From the sequence record PX436236.1: DNA of 64,000 bases; one strand, 5' to 3'. A model generated the notes under the pieces. The model made no database searches. It worked only from the letters and a program-made list of their open reading frames with translations, and was not told the origin of the DNA. The position numbers and the translations under genes are program-made. Origin of the DNA: a phage. Each line of letters opens with the position of its first letter. Position 1 is the first letter of the stretch. Positions 1 to 8,101 of the stretch are shown in pieces.

Positions 1-950
1 AAAGGACGAATTAAATGATGGTTATCTTGGAAACGCTTGATGTAGTCGTTTTCACCTAAAGTCTTATACATATTCACTACAGCTTGGTAGTTTTCCCAGG
101 CGTACTCGCGGAACCAACCTGAAGTGATTGAGGTACACACTTTCTCAAGAGCCATATAAAAACTTAATGATGGTGAAATATTGAAGTCATTAGGAACCTG
201 TGAACGTTCTAGTGCCAGGACACAAGTTTCTTCATATACACCAGCCAGTTTAATAGCTTCAGGCAAAGCCTCGAACTTCTCACGAGAGGTCATGACTTCA
301 GAACCTTCCTTCATATAAAAGGTATATGCAGGGCGTCCAGCCAATGCTACTGCTTCATGAATAGAGTCATGGTCCAGCGTATAAATGGTATCATTAAAGA
401 ACGATGATTTGTTTACGTCCAATTTAGGGTGAGAATAGCTCAACGTTTCTTTTTGACGTTGCAGCATAATTTCCTGGAGTTCTTCGTTAAGGGTGATACC
501 TTTATTACGAAGGTATTTGATGTGTGACATAGTTTTCAAGAAGAACGGATTATTCTTAAGGAAACGATGAGAGGTTTTGATAGCCAGACAGATATCAGGG
601 GTGGCCCAATAGAAACCAGTAAGACGGTCCTTTTTAATATGATTTTCAGCATATTTCAGGAGACGATAGCTTGAAGTGAAATCTTCGTCTTGAAGCTCAC
701 CGGTAATTTCTCGTACGTTAGTCAGAGCACGAACGATATAAGCTTCAAAATAGGTTTCTTTACCATTATGCATACATTTGAAAGCCTGGACATCAGGATT
801 GTCAACGTGTACATGGGCGCCGAACATACGTGCTTTAAAGTGATTCCATGAGCCTTGGTCGGCAATGAAATCCCAATCAGAATTTTCGATATGCTTACTT
901 TCAATCAGACCAGCGTGGTGCAGTGCACGAGAACCAATAACTAACATCAT
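1..950 (-). CDS. hypothetical early protein, partial (first ~316 aa; 3' end lies beyond window start)
   Basis: Uninterrupted minus-strand frame from ATG at 950 (SD GAGGA ~8 nt upstream) to position 1; absent from ORF track because no stop in window. Begins MMLVIGSRALHHAGLIESKH. Translated by eye. Confidence 0.5.
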   Translation of the reverse strand, partial: MMLVIGSRALHHAGLIESKHIENSDWDFIADQGSWNHFKARMFGAHVHVDNPDVQAFKCMHNGKETYFEAYIVRALTNVREITGELQDEDFTSSYRLLKYAENHIKKDRLTGFYWATPDICLAIKTSHRFLKNNPFFLKTMSHIKYLRNKGITLNEELQEIMLQRQKETLSYSHPKLDVNKSSFFNDTIYTLDHDSIHEAVALAGRPAYTFYMKEGSEVMTSREKFEALPEAIKLAGVYEETCVLALERSQVPNDFNISPSLSFYMALEKVCTSITSGWFREYAWENYQAVVNMYKTLGENDYIKRFQDNHHLIRP

Positions 951-969
951 AATATTTTCCTCAGTAAAC

Positions 970-1209
970 TTAAATTTCAGCGACGTAATCGTTATGCAAT
1001 TCCCACATATCATCAGAATTATTCTTAATGATAGGAATTATCTCATTAGAGATTTCTTCAGCATAAGGGTCATTGATACAGTGGGCATCTTCAAAACGAA
1101 CACCGTAATCAGACTTCTTATAAGAGAAGCCATAAATCTTTTTAAACTTGGCGCGAGTAATGCGTACCGGTTCATTAGACTTATCGGACATCGGAGCGTA
1201 ATACCACAT
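970..1209 (-). CDS. hypothetical small protein (79 aa)
   Basis: ATG start with GAGGAG SD; leader is near-identical to the leader of the ORF at 58083-58373. Confidence 0.45.
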   Translation of the reverse strand: MWYYAPMSDKSNEPVRITRAKFKKIYGFSYKKSDYGVRFEDAHCINDPYAEEISNEIIPIIKNNSDDMWELHNDYVAEI

Positions 1210-1252
1210 ATGTTCTCCTCATGTTTGTGTAGGGTAATAGTAACATGATTTT

Positions 1253-1582
1253 CTAGAGTTGTACATCACTTCTGCAATATTCTAAAAATAATTTATCATT
1301 GTCTACTGTATCCCAACGACGCCAAGACGGGTTCCAGACCAAAGCGTTGTCACCACAATCATTGAGCTTAAAATGGTCGTAGTACATAGCTATGTGTCTA
1401 GTCTCGTCACCAGAGAACCCCAGTATAGGCTCACCGCGGGTGTGATACATATGATGGTGCATTGAGAGGTCGCATTTGTAAAACATCTCACGTTTACCAC
1501 GAACGAACAAGAAGGCCTGTCCATTCATATAGAATTCTTTATTTGTTTTCAAAAGATATTTGAATACTGAATCTTTATGCAT
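1253..1582 (-). CDS. hypothetical protein (~109 aa)
   Basis: ORF-track frame 1253-1603; internal ATG at 1582 (MHKDSVF...) has strong AGGAGG SD and is preferred over ATG at 1603. Confidence 0.5.
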   Translation of the reverse strand: MHKDSVFKYLLKTNKEFYMNGQAFLFVRGKREMFYKCDLSMHHHMYHTRGEPILGFSGDETRHIAMYYDHFKLNDCGDNALVWNPSWRRWDTVDNDKLFLEYCRSDVQL

Positions 1583-1612
1583 AAGTCCTCCTACCACATC
1601 CATGTGGTTAAA

Positions 1613-1840
1613 TTATTTTCCTAACGAAATACGAGTAGGTTTTTTACCGAAATAGTCTTCATAAGAACCATCTAAACGACCTGCTTTAGACCGACAATAT
1701 GAATCGTACTTTTTGTAATAAGTCATCTCAGTATTATAACGCGGGTGTCTATCAGCCATAATAATACTTAACGGCCAACCTTTGGCATAATCGCGAAGAC
1801 CATTTATTTTACGAATGTATCTTTTCTTTAATTTTAGCAT
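1613..1840 (-). CDS. hypothetical small basic protein (75 aa)
   Basis: ATG start overlapping stop of upstream gene; weak SD. Confidence 0.4.
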   Translation of the reverse strand: MLKLKKRYIRKINGLRDYAKGWPLSIIMADRHPRYNTEMTYYKKYDSYCRSKAGRLDGSYEDYFGKKPTRISLGK

Positions 1841-2058
1841 GAGCTCGGATACCAGATTTTACCATCGGCCTGAGCAACGAAGGTGCGACCAGCTTCTTCG
1901 CCATAACACGAGCTATTCAGCCAATCTTCGAGACGAACTTCACCGTCATAATCGTCGAGCTCAACACCAAAACTTTGAGCAGAAGCCATATCTTTTACTT
2001 TCTTATACAGTGCAGCCAGTTCAAGTGCAGCTTTTTCTAATTCATTAATATCAGACAT
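1834..2058 (-). CDS. small acidic protein, member D of C-terminal-Cys paralogue family
   Basis: ATG with AAGGTG SD; ends ...KIWYPSSC. Confidence 0.5.
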   Translation of the reverse strand: MSDINELEKAALELAALYKKVKDMASAQSFGVELDDYDGEVRLEDWLNSSCYGEEAGRTFVAQADGKIWYPSSC

Positions 2059-2069
2059 TTTTTATCACC

Positions 2070-2282
2070 TTAGCAAGACATAGAGGATGTAAACCAGAAA
2101 CCTTCACCTTCCGGAATACCGTAGTCATCACGGACCCATTCGTAATCATCATATTCCGGGTTCTTTGGAGAAATGTATTCTCCACGACCAGAAACACGGA
2201 ACTCTTCACCCGTTTCGTCAGCCACAGACTGGCCTTTACGTACTAATTCACGGATTTGGTTTTCAATTTCATCAATAGTCAT
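2070..2282 (-). CDS. small acidic protein, member C of C-terminal-Cys paralogue family
   Basis: ATG with AAGGAA SD; ends ...GFWFTSSMSC. Confidence 0.5.
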   Translation of the reverse strand: MTIDEIENQIRELVRKGQSVADETGEEFRVSGRGEYISPKNPEYDDYEWVRDDYGIPEGEGFWFTSSMSC

Positions 2283-2291
2283 TTTATTTCC

Positions 2292-2573
2292 TTAACATTC
2301 AGAAGAAGAGGACACCCAACCACCATTTTCTAGGCTGGTAGTGTAATCATGTTGGTTTACAATAGCGTACTGAGCTTCACCGTATTCTTCCCAGTGGGCA
2401 AGGTCGGCTTTCAAGGCGCCAGGAGAATAATAGTCACCGCCCATACCGCGAGCAGGGTATATATTAAAATGAGTCTCATATTTGTTTGCAATTTCCTCGG
2501 CACGACGAATAGCTTTATGGATATCATTTACTGCTTCAGCCAATTCTTTATTTTTATGGTAATCATTCATCAT
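2292..2573 (-). CDS. small acidic protein, member B of C-terminal-Cys paralogue family
   Basis: ATG with AAGGAA SD; ends ...GGWVSSSSEC; clearly related to member A (KY..F...G.YY.PG core). Confidence 0.55.
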   Translation of the reverse strand: MMNDYHKNKELAEAVNDIHKAIRRAEEIANKYETHFNIYPARGMGGDYYSPGALKADLAHWEEYGEAQYAIVNQHDYTTSLENGGWVSSSSEC

Positions 2574-2582
2574 AAAATTTCC

Positions 2583-2873
2583 TTAGCACATTGCCGAAGA
2601 GGAGATCCAAGCACCAACTGTAACGACGCCATTTTCAACTTCACCACCGTTGTTTTCAATTTCATCTTTAAACCACTGGGAGCATTCATAACCGACAGGA
2701 TAATATGTACGGCCTGAACCATAATCACCAGTACCGAATTGGATACCATACTTATCGGCAATAGCTTCACATTCATGTTCGATGGTATTCACTTTATTCA
2801 GAAGAGCATAGATAGCCTTTTCTGCAGATTTCTCATCATTGTGTTCCGGGATTTCAATTTCAATTTTATTCAT
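2583..2873 (-). CDS. small acidic protein, member A of C-terminal-Cys paralogue family
   Basis: ATG with AAGGAA SD; ends ...VGAWISSSAMC. Confidence 0.55.
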   Translation of the reverse strand: MNKIEIEIPEHNDEKSAEKAIYALLNKVNTIEHECEAIADKYGIQFGTGDYGSGRTYYPVGYECSQWFKDEIENNGGEVENGVVTVGAWISSSAMC

Positions 2874-3223
2874 GATTTACATTCCTTAATAAAGGTTTCA
2901 AGGTCATTACGTTTAGTTTGTTTTACATACTCATTATAATTAGCCATAGCTAAAGCATATCTCTTTTTACGTGGCTTGTTTATTTTATTAGTTTGGGCAA
3001 TATCAAAGACCCATGGGATAAAAAATCCTATTAAAGCCGGAACCCAAATCCATGCAAGGCTCATATCTTCAAACGGATGGCGAGGCATACCATTAATAAT
3101 CCCACCGACAAGAAATCCAATTATCCCTGCAGTCATACTAGTAGCAATGCCGAGGAATAAGGAAATAGCTATATCATAATCTGCTAATGCGTAACCAGGG
3201 TCGGTTTTACTAGGCTTATGCAT
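2870..3223 (-). CDS. small membrane protein (two predicted TM helices)
   Basis: ORF-track start at 3259 is TTG; ATG at 3223 (MHKPSK...) has AGAGG SD and abuts upstream stop. Hydrophobic segments GIATSMTAGIIGFLVGGII and LAWIWVPALIGFFIPWVF. Confidence 0.5.
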   Translation of the reverse strand: MHKPSKTDPGYALADYDIAISLFLGIATSMTAGIIGFLVGGIINGMPRHPFEDMSLAWIWVPALIGFFIPWVFDIAQTNKINKPRKKRYALAMANYNEYVKQTKRNDLETFIKECKS

Positions 3224-3752
3224 TTTGAACCTCTTTAGCGTATTCGCGACATTCAGCAATAAAACGATTAAGCTTACGTTGTTGTTTACGACTTTCTAAT
3301 GTGTACTCATTAGCCAAAATAATAAGCTCATCTTTATCGTAATTTTTAATATCAGAGTAAGATGGGCGACGGTCAACCATTCCAAATACATCACCATTTT
3401 CTAAAGCTACATAACATACTAAATGGTAATCATCGTCTGCCATATTAAGAAGCACACAATCAGCGCTCTCGTTTAAAGAATATACCGAATAACGTAGTCC
3501 AGCGAATTCCACTCGTTGAATAGCCAGATTTACGTCAATAATTTCCAAAGCATCTTCAAAAGAAAGGTCTTCAGCTAAAGCAAAAATAAAAGGTAATTTG
3601 GTAGTATCGCCACGGCTAGATGTTCTGCTTAAGAAATCGTTTGAATAGCCTAGGTCTTGGCGAATTCTATAAAGAACTGAATTAGTTTCATGTGAAAGAC
3701 CACTATGCTTAAACCAATCAATATTTGATATCAGGTCGTCATATAAACTCAT
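3216..3752 (-). CDS. hypothetical protein (178 aa)
   Basis: ATG with strong GGAGGAGAGGAG SD. Confidence 0.55.
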   Translation of the reverse strand: MSLYDDLISNIDWFKHSGLSHETNSVLYRIRQDLGYSNDFLSRTSSRGDTTKLPFIFALAEDLSFEDALEIIDVNLAIQRVEFAGLRYSVYSLNESADCVLLNMADDDYHLVCYVALENGDVFGMVDRRPSYSDIKNYDKDELIILANEYTLESRKQQRKLNRFIAECREYAKEVQNA

Positions 3753-3775
3753 AATATTCTCCTCTCCTCCAAATA

Positions 3776-3793
3776 GGGAGACCGAAGTCTCCC
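3776..3793 (-). repeat. intergenic hairpin GGGAGAC-TTCG-GTCTCCC (minus-strand sense)
   Basis: Identical stem to 42259-42276 but inverted orientation; between two minus-strand ORFs. Confidence 0.45.
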
Positions 3794-3800
3794 AGTAACA

Positions 3801-4394
3801 TTACTTAAGTGAATTAATGTAGTCTTCGATATCAGCAGAAGTCGTATCCATTCCAACTTGTGGGCCTTTAAACGTTTCTACACGAAGCAGGGTGTCTTCA
3901 ATATCAATCTTAGTCAATGCAGCGATTTCAACAACATCATCGGCAGTAGCAATACCCAGGGCAGCCATATTACGAGTTTCACGAATGTACTCAAGCTTAA
4001 CCGCTAGTTCCTGGCGAGAGTCATCAAGTTCCTTAACCTTCAGTTTAATTTCATTACGCATTTCGATATAATCATCGGCTTTCTTACGAAGCTGGGTAGC
4101 TGTACGACGATAAAGGAGGCCAAGTTTAGCATGTACCTGGACATCAGCGCCTCCGGCAATCAGTTTACGAATTTCACGTTCTTTAGAAGCAGCGAGCTGG
4201 TCTTTTTCATTAGCCAATGCACGAATACGTTTTTCTTCATTCACAGACTTAACATGAGCAGTCTGGAGTTCAGTGATTTTATCAATCAGAGTAGAAGCAG
4301 CTTTTGTGTATTGGTCTTCGATTGACAGGTTCTGAGCCATTGCGGTGCCCAGTTTAGAACGAATGAATTCAACGATTTTCTTTAAAGTGTTCAT
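3801..4394 (-). CDS. coiled-coil protein (197 aa), weak resemblance to PspA/IM30-type helical proteins
   Basis: ATG with AAGGAA SD; own GTTTAC/TATAAT promoter upstream; sequence predominantly helical and charged. Confidence 0.5.
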   Translation of the reverse strand: MNTLKKIVEFIRSKLGTAMAQNLSIEDQYTKAASTLIDKITELQTAHVKSVNEEKRIRALANEKDQLAASKEREIRKLIAGGADVQVHAKLGLLYRRTATQLRKKADDYIEMRNEIKLKVKELDDSRQELAVKLEYIRETRNMAALGIATADDVVEIAALTKIDIEDTLLRVETFKGPQVGMDTTSADIEDYINSLK

Positions 4395-4437
4395 AGTATT
4401 TCCTTCAGTTGGTTAACGTTTTGTAATCCATGAGGAC

Positions 4438-4467
4438 ATTATACCCTGTCCTCTGAGGTTTGTAAAC
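4438..4467 (-). promoter_or_regulatory. early sigma70-type promoter (GTTTAC -35, TATAAT -10) with overlapping stem-loop
   Basis: Minus strand GTTTAC-N18-TATAAT upstream of 3801-4394; inverted repeat aggaca/tgtcct spans -10. Confidence 0.55.
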
Positions 4468-4470
4468 ATT

Positions 4471-4869
4471 TTATTTCATTTTTGCGAGGCAAATTTCATT
4501 GGCTTCCCATTGAGCTTGCTTAATAATAGCTTTGGATACAGGAGCCCTTTGGCCATAAGTTTTTGACGTTGAGAGAACAATATGTTTGTTTGCTTCATTA
4601 TGCCAGCCCCATGATTTTTCGCCATGAGTACCTTTAACTACAGCTGACACCTCAACAGAGCAACCACCATCAGAAATCTTGGTTTCGACAACCCATTCAT
4701 TTCTCTCAGCAGCTTCAATTTCTAATCTAGTTTTTTCTTCATACATCGCGGCCCAATCAGTTTTTGCCAAGTTGAAAGTAAGAGCTTTCTCTAGTTCTTT
4801 GGCATATTTTTGTTGTTCAGGTGTTAATGAATTATACAACTCTTGCATTTCTTTATCTTCGATATTCAT
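4471..4869 (-). CDS. hypothetical protein (132 aa)
   Basis: ATG with GAGGAG SD; early promoter plus 10-bp inverted repeat upstream. Confidence 0.5.
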   Translation of the reverse strand: MNIEDKEMQELYNSLTPEQQKYAKELEKALTFNLAKTDWAAMYEEKTRLEIEAAERNEWVVETKISDGGCSVEVSAVVKGTHGEKSWGWHNEANKHIVLSTSKTYGQRAPVSKAIIKQAQWEANEICLAKMK

Positions 4870-4894
4870 TATGTTCTCCTCAAATTATGGGCTC

Positions 4895-4924
4895 ATAATA
4901 TCTTAATCATGAGCCCATGTAAAC
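4895..4924 (-). promoter_or_regulatory. early promoter (GTTTAC -35, TATTAT -10) with 10-bp inverted repeat
   Basis: Upstream of 4471-4869; ATGGGCTCAT/ATGAGCCCAT inverted repeat. Confidence 0.5.
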
Positions 4925-4927
4925 GTT

Positions 4928-5191
4928 TTATTTCATATTATTGAAATAATTTTCTGCATCAAAATCATTACCATGGTAAACTTTGGTAGACGATTTGGCG
5001 TAACCTTCAGCTGAGAACATATTAATCACAACTTTAATTGTATACCACTGTCCATCTTCATTACCCATTACTGCATAGGTTTCATACACCGGGTGTTCAG
5101 GACCGATAACCTTAATATCGTTAACTGTGGCACCAAATTCTTCCGGAACACATTTCATAAAGAAATTAAACACTTCACCATAATTATCCAT
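4928..5191 (-). CDS. hypothetical protein (~87 aa)
   Basis: ORF-track start 5206 is GTG; ATG at 5191 (MDNYGEV) has AAGGAG SD. Confidence 0.5.
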   Translation of the reverse strand: MDNYGEVFNFFMKCVPEEFGATVNDIKVIGPEHPVYETYAVMGNEDGQWYTIKVVINMFSAEGYAKSSTKVYHGNDFDAENYFNNMK

Positions 5192-5226
5192 TTTACTCTC
5201 CTTCACTCTGTTGTTTTGATAGGTCT

Positions 5227-5255
5227 ATAGTATCATGTTCTACGAAAGAGTAAAC
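5227..5255 (-). promoter_or_regulatory. early promoter cassette (GTTTAC-N17-TACTAT) containing GGTCTATAG motif
   Basis: Shares gataggtctatagta core with 8315-8352, 8641-8682 and 42579-42617. Confidence 0.55.
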
Positions 5256-5280
5256 ATCTTTTTTAAACCTTTTAGAAACA

Positions 5281-5307
5281 AAAAAGGCCCAACCTTTCGG
5301 AAGGGCC
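5281..5307 (-). terminator. intrinsic terminator (GNRA-loop hairpin plus T-run), repeat copy 1
   Basis: Minus strand GGCCCTTCCGAAAGGTTGGGCC then TTTTT, just after stop of 5313-5867. Confidence 0.6.
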
Positions 5308-5312
5308 TAGAA

Positions 5313-5867
5313 TCAGTTCTTGTAGAACCGGAATGGGTTTATGTGGAAGGCTAACATAGCCTTAGGGATTTTACGAGACAAAAGACTCTTAAGTTTCCAA
5401 CCACAGTATACACGAAGGTAAAAGGTAATCCCACCTACTTTAAGATACGGAACTGAAGCAAAGACTCCCCATGCTTCGTCATTCCACATCCATAACCATC
5501 CATGATGAGCTTTATCAGGAGAACCGGATTCAACGTCAGGATTACCACGATAATGGAATTCTGAGCTACAATCGCGTCCAAGTTTATGGTAAGCAAAGTT
5601 ATAAGCTTTATTTCGCCATAGCCAAGCTACCCTCTGGAGATAAACACCGCCCGGCATTTTCCTGATTTTAGCCCAACGTTTAATATGACCTTTGTCACCG
5701 TCAATTGGATTATCGTATGTCATCATCCAATCAAAGCCGTACGGTAATTTACCTGTCTTTTTATTGTGGAAAGGAACCACAAATGGGGCAAGGATAACAG
5801 CCAGAACCATAGAGATAAAATCTAGTGGGACCAACAGAACCCAACTCAAATATTTTAAAAGTTTCAT
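5313..5867 (-). CDS. membrane protein (N-terminal TM helices), ~184 aa
   Basis: ATG at 5867 lies downstream of the terminator hairpin at 5891-5906; the longer ATG at 5972 would bury that terminator in coding sequence. Hydrophobic N-terminus LSWVLLVPLDFISMVLAVILAPFVV. Confidence 0.5.
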   Translation of the reverse strand: MKLLKYLSWVLLVPLDFISMVLAVILAPFVVPFHNKKTGKLPYGFDWMMTYDNPIDGDKGHIKRWAKIRKMPGGVYLQRVAWLWRNKAYNFAYHKLGRDCSSEFHYRGNPDVESGSPDKAHHGWLWMWNDEAWGVFASVPYLKVGGITFYLRVYCGWKLKSLLSRKIPKAMLAFHINPFRFYKN

Positions 5868-5883
5868 ATATTTCTCTAAGTTA

Positions 5884-5906
5884 ACCAAAAAGCCCCAGAT
5901 GGGGCT
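5884..5906 (-). terminator. intrinsic terminator after internal-protein-like gene
   Basis: AGCCCCA/TGGGGCT hairpin followed by T-run on minus strand. Confidence 0.6.
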
Positions 5907-5910
5907 TTCG

Positions 5911-6375
5911 TTATTTGATTTGTTTAGCAGACCAGATACGGTCTTTGATGATTTTCTGAATATCTTCAACATACTCTAAGTCGTGAGCATGTGGATTATC
6001 TTTGAAGCTATGTGCTCGTGCCAGTTTCTGGCCTTCTGTTTTGATTACTAAAAGCTCTTTAAGAATTGCTTCATACTTAGAAATAATTCCTTTGGCGATA
6101 TTTTTTTCTTGAGCGGCTTTAGGGTCCGCTTTTGACGCAGGTGCTTTACCTGTAGCTTTCTGGAACAATTCACCTGATGCAGCTAGGCTTTTAAAAACTC
6201 GGCTAACAGTATTAGCATTAGTAAAACCTTCGGCTTTAAAATCTTTAATAAAACGGAAACGTTCTTCATCAGAGGCGTCTTTGTAAGAATATTTACCTGC
6301 TTGAATTGCTGCAATCGCAGCGGCTTTTACATCTGAACTAGATTGTTCAGTCAAAAATTCATTGTAAGTTTTCAT
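5911..6375 (-). CDS. internal-protein-like (capsid-targeted) protein, 154 aa
   Basis: N-terminus MKTYNEFLTE matches the T4 internal-protein capsid targeting sequence (MKTYQEFIAE, L/I-x-E cleavage motif); late promoter TATAAATA immediately upstream. Confidence 0.6.
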   Translation of the reverse strand: MKTYNEFLTEQSSSDVKAAAIAAIQAGKYSYKDASDEERFRFIKDFKAEGFTNANTVSRVFKSLAASGELFQKATGKAPASKADPKAAQEKNIAKGIISKYEAILKELLVIKTEGQKLARAHSFKDNPHAHDLEYVEDIQKIIKDRIWSAKQIK

Positions 6376-6401
6376 ATTATTTCCTAAGTTAGTTTACTAC
6401 A

Positions 6402-6409
6402 TATTTATA
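6402..6409 (-). promoter_or_regulatory. T4-type late promoter (TATAAATA)
   Basis: Minus-strand TATAAATA ~27 nt upstream of ATG of 5911-6375. Confidence 0.55.
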
Positions 6410-6410
6410 C

Positions 6411-6438
6411 AAAAAAAGCCCAACCTTTCGGAAGGGCC
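6411..6438 (-). terminator. intrinsic terminator, repeat copy 2 (after tRNA region)
   Basis: Same GCCCTTCCGAAAGGTTGGGC hairpin plus TTTTTTT. Confidence 0.55.
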
Positions 6439-6439
6439 T

Positions 6440-6820
6440 TTAACCTAGGGTAACCTTGTCGGGGTTCCACCTGCTAGGCAAGTGTTTGTACGAAACGCCG
6501 GGATTCGAACCCGGTTATTAAGTAGTTGACGCCACTCAATATTTTTAAAAGGCCATATCTCGACCATATCCGAACGTTCCGTCAAAAACGCTACTCGGCT
6601 TACGGCAAAGATATTTCCTCGAATCGATAATTCGGTGCGCCGTTTCTGCTGTGATGTAAGGGGACGTTAACAGATCGTAAAGATTTGTTAATGCCAGTCC
6701 TTACTCAGGGAACATCAGTCCGACGACTTACCGGTAGCGACCCGGTTTCTTGTTTGTTGCGCCGGTGAATGCTGGTAATCAGTCTTCATACGACGGCTTG
6801 ACTATATAATAGTCTTCATT
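6440..6820 (-). other. ORF-free structured region next to tRNAs, with orphan tRNA-like T-arm (6494-6512)
   Basis: No ORF of 60 aa or more; CCGGG/TTCGAAT/CCCGG T-arm-like hairpin and other stem-loops; position analogous to T4 small stable RNAs. Confidence 0.3.
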
Positions 6821-6895
6821 TGGTATCCCGCCCTGGGATCGAACCAGGACCGCAAACTTAGAAGGATCGTATGCTATCCATTACACCAGCGGGAC
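6821..6895 (-). tRNA. tRNA-Arg (anticodon TCT)
   Basis: Cloverleaf folded by hand: 7-bp acceptor stem, T-arm CCTGG/TTCGATC/CCAGG, anticodon loop CTTCTAA, encoded CCA. Confidence 0.75.
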
Positions 6896-6900
6896 GTAGT

Positions 6901-6977
6901 TGGTGACCCAGACCAGATTTGAACTGGTAACCTTTCCCTTATGAGGGGACTGCTGCTAACCATTGAGCTACAGGGCC
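6901..6977 (-). tRNA. tRNA-Met/Ile (anticodon CAT)
   Basis: T-arm ACCAG/TTCAAAT/CTGGT, anticodon loop CTCATAA, encoded CCA; acceptor stem has one T-T mismatch, D-arm atypical. Confidence 0.6.
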
Positions 6978-6982
6978 TTAAA

Positions 6983-7249
6983 TCAAACTACAAATCCAGC
7001 AGGAGCATTATCATCTTTAGCCATGTGCTGAATTGTATGATAAGTCATTTCTTCAGGAGCAACCAGATAAGCCGCAGCGTTAACTAGTGGAATTATTTTT
7101 GGTTTAGCGAATGTGCTATCGGCAATTGCCATAAAGGGCTCGCCGTCGGTCTCAACTTCACCAAATTGACATTCATACGAAATAGAACAACGTTTGGTAG
7201 TTGTTGTCTTGGTTTCTGGGTCGTAAAAAGCTAATTTTAATACTAACAT
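6983..7249 (-). CDS. hypothetical protein (~88 aa)
   Basis: ORF-track start 7255 is GTG; ATG at 7249 with GAGGTG SD. Confidence 0.4.
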   Translation of the reverse strand: MLVLKLAFYDPETKTTTTKRCSISYECQFGEVETDGEPFMAIADSTFAKPKIIPLVNAAAYLVAPEEMTYHTIQHMAKDDNAPAGFVV

Positions 7250-7428
7250 AAACACCTCAAATAAAATTAAGTAAAGTAAGTTTGATTAATAGACCTTGTC
7301 TATTATGAAAGGCTCTTTGAGGGAAGAACCTTTGGTAATAGAGGGTTACTTAATAATGTTAGAGTAATAATAACACATTACTCTTAAAGCATATTACTAT
7401 TTTTAGGAATAGTCTGGTCAAATTTGAT

Positions 7429-7719
7429 TCATTGTGGCCACATATTAATGTAATCAAGTTTAATAGAAGCAATCTTCAAAGGATTTTTAAAGATGTCGTA
7501 TTCGATCAATCCGTTTTCAGTTGCGGTGTAGAAAGTAAAGTTAACAGAATTATAACGGCGACCATTAACTTTTAGTTTAACGTCGCTTGAACTACGACCA
7601 ATATTAACCTGTTGGACATCAAGCACAGCACCTTTGCCAAAGTTGCGAATCAGTAGCTCTGCTGCAACCTGGTCTGAATTATAGCCATTCTCTGGATTAG
7701 TAACCTTAACGTATAGCAT
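7429..7719 (-). CDS. hypothetical protein (96 aa)
   Basis: ATG start abutting stop of upstream gene. Confidence 0.45.
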   Translation of the reverse strand: MLYVKVTNPENGYNSDQVAAELLIRNFGKGAVLDVQQVNIGRSSSDVKLKVNGRRYNSVNFTFYTATENGLIEYDIFKNPLKIASIKLDYINMWPQ

Positions 7720-8100
7720 TTAACCCTCGTCTACAATAGTATGGGTATTAGCATTAACAATCTGCCACCAGTCAAAACGATTGGAACCGTAAAGAGGGTT
7801 ATTCTCATTTTCTTTAATGATATCGCGCAGTTCATCTTCAGTAGCGGCCTTTGCGATTAAGTCGGCATAACCGCCACGAGGGTAATAGTTATCACCCGCA
7901 AAGAGCAAAAAGTTTGTTTTGATATTCTTGAATTCTTCAAGTGTAATAACGGACCCATTGGGTTGAACAATATCCACATAACTATACCCTAATTCCTGGG
8001 CTTTATCTACCGCCTCAAGCAGGGTGTCGTGTGCCCACCCAATTTGACAATCTGGTTTTTCAGATGGATTTGCCTGATAATCTGCATACACTTTATACAT
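7720..8100 (-). CDS. hypothetical protein (~126 aa)
   Basis: ORF-track start 8148 is TTG; ATG at 8100 (MYKVYADYQ) lies 1 nt after stop of upstream ORF (translational coupling). Confidence 0.5.
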   Translation of the reverse strand: MYKVYADYQANPSEKPDCQIGWAHDTLLEAVDKAQELGYSYVDIVQPNGSVITLEEFKNIKTNFLLFAGDNYYPRGGYADLIAKAATEDELRDIIKENENNPLYGSNRFDWWQIVNANTHTIVDEG

Positions 8101-8101
8101 T

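Noticed and set aside
865-1248. Plus-strand ORFs in the early region (865-1248, 2349-2717, 2739-2939, 2976-3179, 4131-4325, 4679-4906, 5471-5665, 5692-5979)
   Set aside because: All overlap better-supported minus-strand genes with SD sequences and T4-like operon structure; none has a convincing RBS.
5868-5972. Longer N-terminal extension of the membrane protein (start at 5972)
   Set aside because: Would overlap the upstream gene by 61 nt and place a terminator hairpin inside coding sequence; ATG at 5867 chosen instead.
6494-6512. Third tRNA gene
   Set aside because: Perfect T-arm but no acceptor or anticodon arm could be folded by hand; kept only as a tRNA-like element in the findings.
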